Assembly: GCF_001194135.2 (NCBI RefSeq)
Contig: NC_068987.1
Span: forward strand, 74,992,911-75,056,910
Reading direction: 5' to 3'
DNA length: 64,000 nt
Source of the DNA: Octopus bimaculoides
Taxonomy: Eukaryota
Position numbers and translations under genes: made by a program. Under the pieces are notes generated by a model. It was not told the DNA's origin, searched no databases, and was given only the letters and a program-made list of their open reading frames with translations. The stretch's first letter is position 1. Each line of letters begins with the position of its first letter. Shown here one piece after another: positions 39,901 to 52,400 of the stretch.

Positions 39901-42900
39901 ATTTTCAATGTAACATGTAGAGACATGTATGATTATACTTGTGCATGTTCTGTTTTCTGCAATAACCAGAAGTGGGTCAGGGGAAATCTTTAATGAACAC
40001 CCTTTGTATTGTATAAATAATACAAATATATCAGTAGCAGATGAAAATCATCCAGTAGCAGAGATGAGAATGCTAAACACATATTCCTGTCTTATTTGGG
40101 CTTTATCAGTAGCATGTACACATTGGCAGTTGCATGCTAAGACAATTTTTTTTTATCACCATTGATATAGGAAAACTGATTGAAAAATCACTGATGTTGC
40201 AATTAGCTGACTGGCTGAATAAAAATCTGTAATATGCAATTGAAGCAGTATTAGGTTAAAATAGCAATATGTACATCAAATGGATTGCAACAAGCTATAT
40301 AAACTATGGTCTTTGTCCAGGGAGAAAGTTTTAGCCTCCACTATTGTTGTACTAGAAAAAGCAATTGTCATGTTAAAAAAAAGAAGAAATTCAGAATATT
40401 ATGAAACTCTCAAAGATGAAAACATTTAATGAAAGGAAAGCAAAGCATTATAAAACTTTAAGAGAACCTTAAGCACTAACCTTAAACTCTAAATCCTAAT
40501 GTTTTCAACAGTATTAAAAAAAAGTGGGAGTTCCCTATGAGATTGTCAATGCAAAGTAGTTACAATATCTGGTATGTTGATAGTTGAGGCATCTGAATGG
40601 GTAAAATTACCAAAAATTTTAACCGTAAAAGATTCATAACTTCTTTATTATTAATTTCTCCAAGAAATGAATGTCATTTTCATAATAAACATGCAAAACT
40701 ACATATGTGTTGAGATTAAAAAAAAAAAATGAGCACAGTGACTCAAATGTAAAAACTCTATTCTTTCACTTTGGACACTATGCTTGACAAATAAGGTCAG
40801 AACAATGCCTTGAGCTGTCTCCCATACTTCCTAGAAAAAGAAAATGAAAATAAAATATTTGTATTTTAACATTAGCTCCAAGCCACATATTTTTAGTGAG
40901 GGTATAATTAATGATTAAATCAACTTTTGTTCCTGACAGATACTGTATTTCATTGATCCACTCTTGGAAGGACAAAAGCATATTTGATCTCAGAACAAAG
41001 GGCTGAAAGTATATATCAAGCTAGTTTGTCTGACTCTAATAGTTCTGACAAACCCTACCCAAAGAAAATAATAGTAACTATAATTTATAACATTTTTCAT
41101 CTGTATTGCATAATTATTTCTAACTAGCTTTATGAGGCTCCATGCATTAAACACTTATACTAATTTGATCGTTATGGTAAAAACAGTTAAGCAGCTGAAG
41201 AAGTTAAATGAGATGGTTTGGTACAGGAAGGTTTTAATTTCTTTCAACTAATCACATGGCCAATTCTTGTAAGGGTTATTTGACCAGCCAAAAATAGTTT
41301 CTGAGTAATCTGAATTCTGATGGGTTAAATGTTGAAATAACTGTGAAATCTCTATATAACATTGAAAAATAAACAAAAAAATACCTGACTTTCATCAGGA
41401 TGTTCTGTTTGATATGGATTCCACTGGGATTCTGGATAAAATGTCACCATTGCCAAGGAAAGGATCTAAAAATTTAAAATATTCATAGGTTCAGAATTAG
41501 AATGTTTAGCAGAGCTCTATTTGTGTGTATGAGTGACTTATGCAGGATTCAAAAAGTATTTGAGGACACTTAACTATCAGTATATATATATATATATATA
41601 TATATANNNNNNNNNNCAAGTTACAAAGTAGAGCTTTTCTTTTTGGGGAGGAGAAGGAAGAAAAAAAGGGGAGGGTAGATTTTTGATCAAAAGGGATCGT
41701 AAAAAAAAATAGATAGATAGATGGATAGATCGATAGATAAATAGACAGATAGATAGCTAGTATGCTTCGCTGGATGTGCAGTGTCAGTGTGCATGTATGA
41801 CAAAACATCTTGAGAGAAAAGTTGGGCATAAAAGTCATCAGATGTGGTGTGCAAGAGAGACAACTCTGCAGGTCTGGGCATGTGATGTATGTGGACGAGG
41901 ACAGCTGTGTAAAAAAGTGCCAATATCTAACTGTTGAGGGAACCTGAAGAAGAGGTAGAGTCAAGAAGACATGGGATGAGGTGGTGAAGCATGATCTTCA
42001 AACATTGGGCCTCATGGAAGCAATGACAGGTGACAGAGACCTTTGGCAATATGCTGTACATGAGAAGACCTATCAAACCAAGTGAAACTATAATTGTGGC
42101 TGATGCTAGTGTCATGTAATAGGCACCCGTGCTGGTGGCATGTAAGAAGCACCCTTCAAACGTTGGGCCTCATGGAGGCAATTATTAGTGACCAAAACCT
42201 TTGGTGATATGTCATGCTTGAGAAGACTTGTCAAGCCAAGTGAAATCATAGTCGTGGCCAATGCCAGTGTCACATAACTAGCACCTGTGTTGGTGGCACG
42301 TAAAAAAGCGTCCATTATACTCTTGATGTGGTTGGCATTAGGACTGTAGAAACCATGCCAAATCAGATTGGAACCTGGTGCAACGCTCTAGCCAACCAAT
42401 TTCAGTCAAACCAGCTAACCCATGCCACCATGGAAAGCAGATGCTAAATGATGATGATGATGATGATGGTATATATATAAGGTTGTTTGTTATGGCAGGT
42501 CAGAGAGCGACCATTGGTTTTGCACCTATAAAGTGACTCATCAGACTCAAGTAGCTGGAGGGTTATATGCCTCCAGCCTTTTGAGCCTCACAATTCACCT
42601 ATACACTTTATATATATGTGACCAACCATAACAAACAACCTTCTAAATATCCTGCTGCTCTAATGTTCCACTGTGCTTCTTTTTCGAATATATGAACGTG
42701 TGTGTGTGTGTGTTGTTGTTGTTGTTGTTTTATTCTTTCATTTTTTTACTTGTTTCAGGCTGTTTCAAGCTCCAATGACTACTTTGCTATGGTTTCTACA
42801 GTTTGATGCCCTTCCATATGTCTAAATTTATATCTATATCTGAATCAGTCTATCTACATAAAATGTGTGACTTGGAAAGGTAATGTAGTACAGGACAGTT

Positions 42901-43749
42901 GACAAGAATGATGCCAGAGTGTTACCTTTGCAGATGGCTGAAGAATGAATGTTGAAATGCTGAGAGATACCATTATGTTTAGCATGGAATTCAGTTGTTG
43001 TTTTGAGTAAGAGTCAACCAGATTCAAGAAAGACTCATAACCTACAACCAGAAAGAAAATAAACAAAGTGACAAATAGTTATCAAATAAGAATTTCTAAC
43101 TAATGTGCAAGGTTGTAAGTTTTCTAAGGAACAGAGTATAGTTTGGTTGTACAGATCTTTTCTATTCTAGGCACAAGGCCTGAAATTTTGAGGCAGGCAG
43201 GGGCAGTCGATTAGATCGACCCAATATGCAACTGGTACTTAATTTATCGACCCTGAAACGATGAAAGGCAGCAGAATTTGAACTTAGAATGTAAAGACAG
43301 ACGAAATACCGCTAAGCATTTCGCCCGGCATGCTAACATTTCTGCCAGCTCACAGCCTGGTTATACAGATCTTGAAGCGTTACTGGTGCTTATGTTCTAC
43401 AGAAATCACACACAAATACATGCACAAACTAATACACATACACTCAAACATACACTTACACTCATACATGCACTCATACTCACACATGCACTCACACTCA
43501 CATAAAATGCAACATCCGCCATATCAGAGTTATTCGTTTATTCTTTTCCTTATTTCAGTCATTTGACTGTGGCCATGCTGGAGCACTGTCTTAAAGGGTT
43601 TTAATTGAAGAAATCGACTCCAGGATTTATTCTCTGCAAACCTAGTACTTATTCTATCAGTCTTTTTTGCCAAACCACTAAGTTACGGGTACATAAACAC
43701 ACCAACATTGGTTGTCAAGTGATGGTGGGGAACAAACAGAGACACAAAG

Positions 43750-43823
<74 letters not shown>

Positions 43824-46743
43824 ACACACACACACACACACGACATGCTTCTTTCAGTTTCCGTCAACCAAATCCACTCACAAGGCTTCCTTTGGTCTGC
43901 CTGAGGCTATAGTAGAAGACACTCGTCCAGGTGTGATGTGTGTGTGTATTCGTGTGCATGTGTGTGTGTGCACGCGTGCATGCCCACATGCGCATGTGCA
44001 TCAGTGTGTGAATATATCTGTGCTTTTGTGTTTTTCCTCCACCATTGCTTGACAACAGGTGTTGGTGTGTTTATGTCCCTATAGCTTGATTGATGATAAA
44101 GATAAAATAATACCAAAAACAACAACGTCCAGATTTTGTAAATGTTGTCTGCCATAATATTTCCAGTCCACAATGAGGTTACATAAACATGACATACATT
44201 TTGTGGTTGTCTTATGTATCTAGCAAATTTTAATTACTATTGTAGTGGTGGCTAAAAAGCTATGGATATACGCCATAGGAAAGCTTAGTATGGAAAGTGA
44301 AGATTGCTTGCACATCAATAATTTATGTAAATGACTAAGCTAATCCCTGCTACCAGACTAATAAATCCAATTGATATTAAAAAAGCAAAATAAAAACAAA
44401 AACACTAATTAATAATACATAACTAATACATTCCTCTTAATTCTTTCTTTAATGAAGGACTTAGAATAAAATGTTACAATCTTCCGCACAGAACATGACC
44501 TTTCTAAAAGAAAGAGAAAGGAAAAATGTACACTTACCAATATACTGGAATCGAAGGAACTCTGGACTCTTCAGAAGTTTCCAAATATAAATATTATCAA
44601 ATCGATTAACTGTGATTGCCAGATTGTCAAGGAATTTACTCTCAGAGATTTTGTAAATGTTATCTGCCGTAACATTGTCTTGCACCATTGCAATAAATGT
44701 ACTGTTTTTATAGATAGTTGCCAATTCTGTAATAATTTTGCCTGGTGAGGGAAGAAATATTGATTTCTTTGATGTAAGTTGCACACAGTTTGTAATTTAT
44801 AAAGAGATGCAAGAAATGAGACTGTAGCTTTTATAAGTTTCATCTTATATTAAAATTCAAATTACAATGAACGTAAACAAACAAACGAAGTTTGCTTTTA
44901 GAAGCGTTGAGATGTCTTAGAAAGTTAAAGAAGTGATTTTAAATTCTCAATCGCAGGATAATGTTAATAATATAGCCTGAACAGGATAAACTACCCCTAT
45001 TTTGCAGAGAAAAGTGTAGGTGAGGGGTAGTTTATCCTGTTCAGGCTATATTATTAGCATTATCCTGCAATTGAGAATTCATCTTATATTGTTTAATGAC
45101 TATGTTATCTTTAAGAAATATATTTTCATTATCTAGATCAGTGCTCTGTGATCTTTTTTTTACTTGTGGCACATTTATATTCTTTTCAAAATTTGGCGGC
45201 ACACCTAGACTAAAAATATAACTAAAAGTATAGGGAAACAAATTATATTCAGGTAACACTGTGGCACACCTAACATTGTCCTATAGCACATCAGTGTGCT
45301 GCAGCATACTGGTCACAGAGCACTGTTTGAGATGAAAAATTTTCTAGAATGTTATTTGTAATGAGTGGATGACAACAAAACCATGGCAATGGAGGTAAAT
45401 GGTTTCAGATGGGAATTGAAACCTGATGATAAATTTATTTAATTTCACCCGTTGACAAACAAATAATGATGCTAAACAACCAGACACCCATCCAATTTTT
45501 GTACCAGAAATCTTTAATTGATGTTTTCTTTTTCAGTATATTGCAGGAGATTCCAGAAGCATGAATGTCTAATTCAAACAAAGTGAAATTTGAACTTAGA
45601 ACAACAAGTACTGAACTCTACTGAAAAGCAAATCATCTGAACTACAGCGCCATCATTATGCTAAGGATTATCTTTTCAAGGTGTAGGCATGGTTGTGTGG
45701 TAAAACATCTACTTCCTTACAGCATGATTCTAGGTTCAATCCCAGATCCAAATACAGGGTTGATCTAATTGACTGCCCCACCACCGCCTCAAAATTTCAG
45801 GCCTTGTGCCTAGAATAGAAAAGATCTGTACAACCAAACTATACTCTGTTCCTTAGAAAACTTACAACCTTGCACATTAGTTAGAAATTCTTATTTGATA
45901 ACTATTTGTCACTTTGTTTATTTTCTTTCTGGTTGTAGGTTATGAGTCTTTCTTGAATCTGGTTGACTCTTACTCAAAACAACATTCTTCAGCCATCTGC
46001 AAAGGTAACATTCTGGTATTATTCTTGTCAACTGTCCTGTACTACATTACTTTTCCAAGTCACGCATTTTATGTAGATAGACTGATTCAGATATAGATAT
46101 TAATTTAGACATATGGAAGGGCATCAAACTGTAGAAACCATAGCAAAGCAGTCATTGGAGCTTGAAACAGTCTCCTGGTTTGCTAGCACCTGTCAATTCT
46201 TCCAACCCATGCCAGCATGGAAAACAGAACTTAATTTGTGATGATGATATATGTATGTATATGTATTTGCATGTATACATACATATACGATAGAAAGATT
46301 GATAAATAAGTTTATACCTGTAATTATTGGGGCACTGGGATATGTAACATACTGCTCTAAATGCCAATCTTGAGAAATTAGGCTTCTCAAAACCAGAAAG
46401 GCGAAAGCTGATTTGAAGACTACAGATACAAGTCATCACTGGAACTGTAAAAATCTGCAAAACTTTCCAGAAGTTTCAAAATATGTTGAGCCTAGTTTTG
46501 AGAAAGCTATAACAATCCTTTCTCTTCTGGGCGCAAGGCCTGAAATTTGGGGGAGTGGGGCTTGTCGATTTCATCGACCCCAGTGCACAACAGGTATTTA
46601 TTTAATTGACACCAAAAGGATGAAAGGCAAAGTCGACCTTGGTGGAATTTGAACTCAGAATGAAATGCCTCTAAGCATTTTGCCTGGTGTGCTAACGTTT
46701 CTGCCAGGTCACCGCCTTTGAGAAAGCTGTAATAATGATGGCA

Positions 46744-46793
<50 letters not shown>

Positions 46794-49059
46794 AATGATG
46801 ATGATGACGATGATGGTGAAGCATCAGGGGAGGAGGAAGCAGCAAAGGAGAAAAAGGAGAAAGAAGAAGAGGTGGAAAAGGAGATTATTGATGAAGATGC
46901 AAGCAAAATATATATTAAAAAAAAATAAATACCCCCCCCCCCCAAAAAAAAAACCAAAAGTGCAGAGATGCTGTATTCAAGAAGGACTAATGCATCAGCT
47001 AGTGACCTACCTTTTGAGTTGTACTCCATGAAAGAGAAATCTGTTGAAAGTTTGGTTTCTTTGGCAAGTACTTCTGCTGTGGACTTTGGTGGATTTCATG
47101 TGGATTAGAGAAAGGAGAGGATAAAAACATTTTAGAATGTTGTTTTAAACAAGATTAGCTGCCAAAAAATCAAATGGGAAAGAGGGAAATGGAGAATGAG
47201 GGGTAGAGAGAGAGAGAAAGAAAGAGAAAGGGAAGATAGAAGGGGAGAGGGAGCTTATGAGAGTAAGAAATTAGAGGGAGTTAGTAAATGATTAGAAAAG
47301 GTTAGTTGTTATTGTAGATTTGTAGCAATTGTAATTAGAAATAAATTTTGAGATACGCTGTGCTTGAGAATACCTGTTGAGTCAAGTGAAATCGAAATTG
47401 TAGTTACGGCCGATGCCAGTGAGCTTGACTGGCACCTGTTCTGGTGGCATGTAATAAGCACCATTGAAGCATGGGTTAATGCCAGTGCCGCCTAACTGGT
47501 TCCCTGTTCCAGTGACATGTAAAAAGCACCATCTGAATGTGGTCAAGGCCAGGGCCGCCTGACTGGCTCCTGTGTTGGTGGCATGTGAAAAGTACCCACT
47601 ACACTCTCAGACTGGTTGGCATTAGGAAGGGCATCCAGCCATAGAAACCTTGCCAGATCATACTGGAACCTAGTGCAACGCTCTAGCTAACCAATTTCAG
47701 TCAAACCATCTAACCCATGCCACCATTAAGGAGTAGTAACAACTAGGGTAGGGTAGCTGACTGCTTATTGTGATCATTTGTCTTTTGGTCTCCTGTAGCT
47801 TTGCTCTCTTTTACAAACCCAGTGAGCATACATATATTTCCTATTTCAAAGAAATTCGAACAATACATATAAGACCCAAGTTAAAAAGATTCTCAACAAT
47901 TAAACTTCTCTGGTTGACATTAAGACACCCACCCCCAATAGAGGCCTTAACTCCCACATTTTAGAGCTCCATGACCTCCATTTTTCAGGAGCAAAATCCT
48001 TTTAACAGGTTCCATAAGACTGGAATTTTGGAATCTGCAAATAAAGATCAGTAGTATGGGATACATGTGTCATGATTAGAATTTCTTTAGGGAGTGTAAA
48101 GAGGGAAAGAACCCTCATCTGCAATTTTGATGAAATTCGAATCATATGTATTCCAGTTCCTTACAGAAAATATAACAGAAAAGTCTAATTCTTCAATTGC
48201 ATGTAACACGGGCCACGCCGGGTATCTTTGCTAGTATATATACATCATCATCATCATCATCACCGTCGTTTAACGTCCGCTTTCCATGCTAGCATGGGTT
48301 GGACGATTTGACTGAGGACTGGTGAAACCAGATGGCTACACCAGGCTCCAATCTGATCTGGCAGAGTTTCTACAGCTGGATGCCCTTCCTAACGCCAACC
48401 ACTCAGAGAGTGTTGTGGGTGCTTTTACGTGCCACTGACAAGAAGGCCAGTCAGGCGGTACTGGCAACAGCCATACTCAAAATGGTGTATTTTATGTGCC
48501 ACCCGCACAAGAGCCAATCCAGGGGCACTGGCAATGATCTCGCTCGAATATCTTTACACATGCCGCAGGTACAAGTGCCAGAAAGGCAACGCTGGGCACA
48601 GGTGCCATCACAATTTCGCTTTCGCTTGCCCCAATAAGTCTACGCAAGCTGAGTTTCGTGTCCAATGAGGGAGACGACATTGGCATGGGTGCCAGACGTC
48701 AAATTTAACTCGATTTTGATTTCACTTGCCTCAACAGGTCTTCGNNNNNNNNNNNNNNNNNNNNNNNNNNNNNNNNNNNNNNNNNNNNNNNNNNNNNNNN
48801 NNNNNNNNNNNNNNNNNNNNNNNNNNNNNNNNNNNNNNNNNNNNNNNNNNNNNNNNNNNNNNNNNNNNNNNNNNNNNNNNNNNNNNNNNNNNNNNNNNNN
48901 NNNNNNNNNNNNNNNNNNNNNNNNNNNNNNNNNNNNNNNNNNNNNNNNNNNNNNNNNNNNNNNNNNNNNNNNNNNNNNNNNNNNNNNNNNNNNNNNNNNN
49001 NNNNNNNNNNNNNNNNNNNNNNNNNNNNNNNNNNNNNNNNNNNNNNNNNNNNNNNNNNN

Positions 49060-49130
<71 letters not shown>

Positions 49131-49449
49131 ATATATAAATGCATACATGTGTGTGTGCAGGCAAAATTTTGCTTTACACAAATTTTATCTTTCGTAGCAA
49201 GTATGTGTTCATCCATACAAATACCCATCTCTGACTACCTAAACAAATGAATGCCATTTCCTTTTGTGCTCATTGCTTGCACCCACAGCAAAACAATTAG
49301 AAGGAACGTTGTTTGTAAATTACTTTGGGATTCGCTGAAGTTTTCCCTTTGAAGAACTCAATCTGGTCAGTAACAATGTGGCAAGATTCTTTTGTTTAAG
49401 TCAATATAATTCTTAGACTTTGTAGTTATCTAAATTGTTTGATTTATAC

Positions 49450-49487
<38 letters not shown>

Positions 49488-52400
49488 TTGTGTGGCTAAA
49501 TTTGTTCTTGATTAGAGAGTTTGCTTTGTTACTCTTTATACAAGGGGTGCATGCATGAGTATTACACATGCATGTGTAACTATTTGTATATGTTCACCCA
49601 GCTATCTCAAATGAAGAATCACTGAAATATTTTGTATGTATGTATACGTGTATGTTAACTTGGAACAGTGGATAGAAAAATGATTTTGTTGAGGTAAAAG
49701 TTACCTTTATATCTGAAAGTTCATTGTAGAAAAGCTTGTTATAATTAATATTTTCTTTATTCCAGGAGCAATAAGTTAACCCTTTGTAGTCCCACTCTAT
49801 ATATGAAGGGCACATATTAGGTTGAACAGAGAGGGACAAATAGTTTTTCAACAGACGTTTCCTGTCAAATAAAATAAAAGCAACATAGTTAAATGTGGTA
49901 AAGAAAATTCTCTCTAGAAATTCCCCTACTAGAACTATGTATTTGGACAATGAAATTTTGAGATTCCATGATCCACATTAGAAATTAAATACCTCAAGGT
50001 ATAATGTGAGAGGTCACAGCTCTGGTACTACTGACATATGATTAGAAAGTCACAGGAAAGAATTGCAAAATGGATACTTCAGGCCAAGCCAACTGGCAGG
50101 TGACCAAAAATAAGTTGATTGGATAATATCCATGGTTTCAGTTGGTCGTGCTTGGGAATCCATTTGAAAAGCTTAATGATGGCTGCTTCTCACAGGACCT
50201 TATTGAGAAGTATATATGCTTCTAATATCCTATTACACACAATTACAATACATCAATGTATTGAGGGCAGTGTCATATGCTCTCCAAGTTCAGTTCCTCT
50301 CTGTGACATGAAAGACTGTTGTAACATGAGTTCCTTACCTTTCATACTCTTTTAAATTCAGTGACAACAAAACAGGCAGTCCTATTCTGTTGCTTGCTTG
50401 GAACTTCTTATCATTCCCAATATGTAGATATGGCAGTGGAAAAATGAGTCGATTGAAAGTGAAAACTGTTTTTGATTGGTTGCAGTAAAAATTAACCTAA
50501 AAAGACAACCAATATGACCACATTTCAATTATTTAGAACATACATCAATTGAAATTGTTGGAAAATATTAATTTTTTCATGAAAAAGGAAAGTAACATGG
50601 GTTGCCCACTTTTCATCCTAATATGAGATGATTTAAATTTTGTCACTTGGATCTACAACAGCTGAAACCAAATTATCCTCAAATCATAAGTATCTTAAAA
50701 GTAAGCTCATTAAATAATGTAGTCTGAGGTACACTATACTCAGGAGAAAAAAATGCGAAATGCGTGAATGATTTTTGGAATAAGTCTGAATGATCAGGAC
50801 TGGCTTAAGGCAAAGCAACTCGAGTAAATTTTAAACAAGGTTTTACTTATAACTATTCCCAAACAGTATGAGAAAAATCTTCATTAATTCATCATGTAAA
50901 TTCTAATATTAATCTCTGATTTTACTACAAGGGACTAAAGAGTGCAGAAGGCTTACTGAATAGGATAGCAGATGTCTAGGTGGATAGGAAACCAGGCAAG
51001 GCACCACCAGTTCAAATCCTGTACTTGGCACATGCTATGCTTGTAGTCAGGACACTAGACTGTGAAATGGCTTCAGTCAACCTAACAAAATATTTCCCAT
51101 GGCCTAGAAACAGTTTGTGTTCAAGGCTAGGATAATAATTCAGAAATGACTCAGTCTACTAAGCTATATATAGTTAGCAAAGGTAGAATGCAAGATAAGA
51201 ACAATTTGTGCCTAAGGCCGAGACACTAATTCATAGGTGGCCCAGTTTACTCAGCTGTAAATAGATTAATGGGTAATGCACATCAGGAACAATTCATTGC
51301 TTGAAGCAGCAAAAGAACCGTTGATTTGACAACTGATTCATTAACTTGCAGAAATGAATTTAACCCTTCTTGTGGAATAGAGAAAAAGCTACTGACCTAA
51401 GATGGTGTAGCACCCTGTCAAGGCCATATATACCTCTCATCCACTTAAAGTAATGAATCTGGTGATTAAGCACCAGGTATGTGAGATTATTGTGACTCAG
51501 AGGGATTAACATTGAGTGACCACATTTTTGTACTGTAGTTTCAAGATTACTGCCTCATTGTTACTTCACACAAAAATATTTGCAGCTCTTTTCAGAATCT
51601 CATCTTCTTACTCAAGTGAGACAAATACATGGAGATGATTATTCATTAGTTTATTAGACCAGATAGTGCATGCATCAACATTAGTCATTATTCAGTACAA
51701 TTTCCATAATTTCTGTTGATATTAAATGACGAACAACAAAAATAAACTGTCAATCAATTATATATGCAAATTGGTATATCAAGCTTCAGCCTGCCCTATG
51801 AAGATAAAGGTAAAACCAAAGTAAAAACAAGCAATCCCTGACTTCTTCCAGACAGAAATTATTTTCCATCTATGAGCAATGTTTCACTTCATAAAATGTT
51901 TAATTTATACCTCTTAGGTTATGTCATGCTGATGATTTCTAAAATGAATGAAATAATACTATGCATGATTTAAGATCTTCATAATAAGAAAGCAGCAAAA
52001 AAAAAACAAAAAACAAAAAACAACCCAAATATGTGTATTCTGTGCATTTTTATCTTATTCATTAATTTTAAATTCAAACTACTTCTAATTCCACCACATA
52101 TTATGAAGAAATGATTATCTTCCTTGTACTAACAGTCAGCAAGGAGACACCATGTGTTTGCAAACAGTTGAAGATGGTACTCACAATGAAACCCCAAAAT
52201 AGCTTGAAACTTTTTTCTATCCATCAATATATTGCACATAAAAATGTGTTTACACTTGTCTATACATAGCATTGTTTTAAAATCTATGGATACATTCTGT
52301 GGTACAGTATAACATTGAAACAATGGAAATATCTGAGAAATTCATTTGACATTTTACAACCCCATTGTTTTTATTATTTATGCTGTCATTGATATTTAGC

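Noticed and set aside
46709-47031. Poly-His, poly-Met and poly-Ser ORFs
   Set aside because: Translations of a (GAT)n microsatellite; only MEYNSKG at the start belongs to a real exon.
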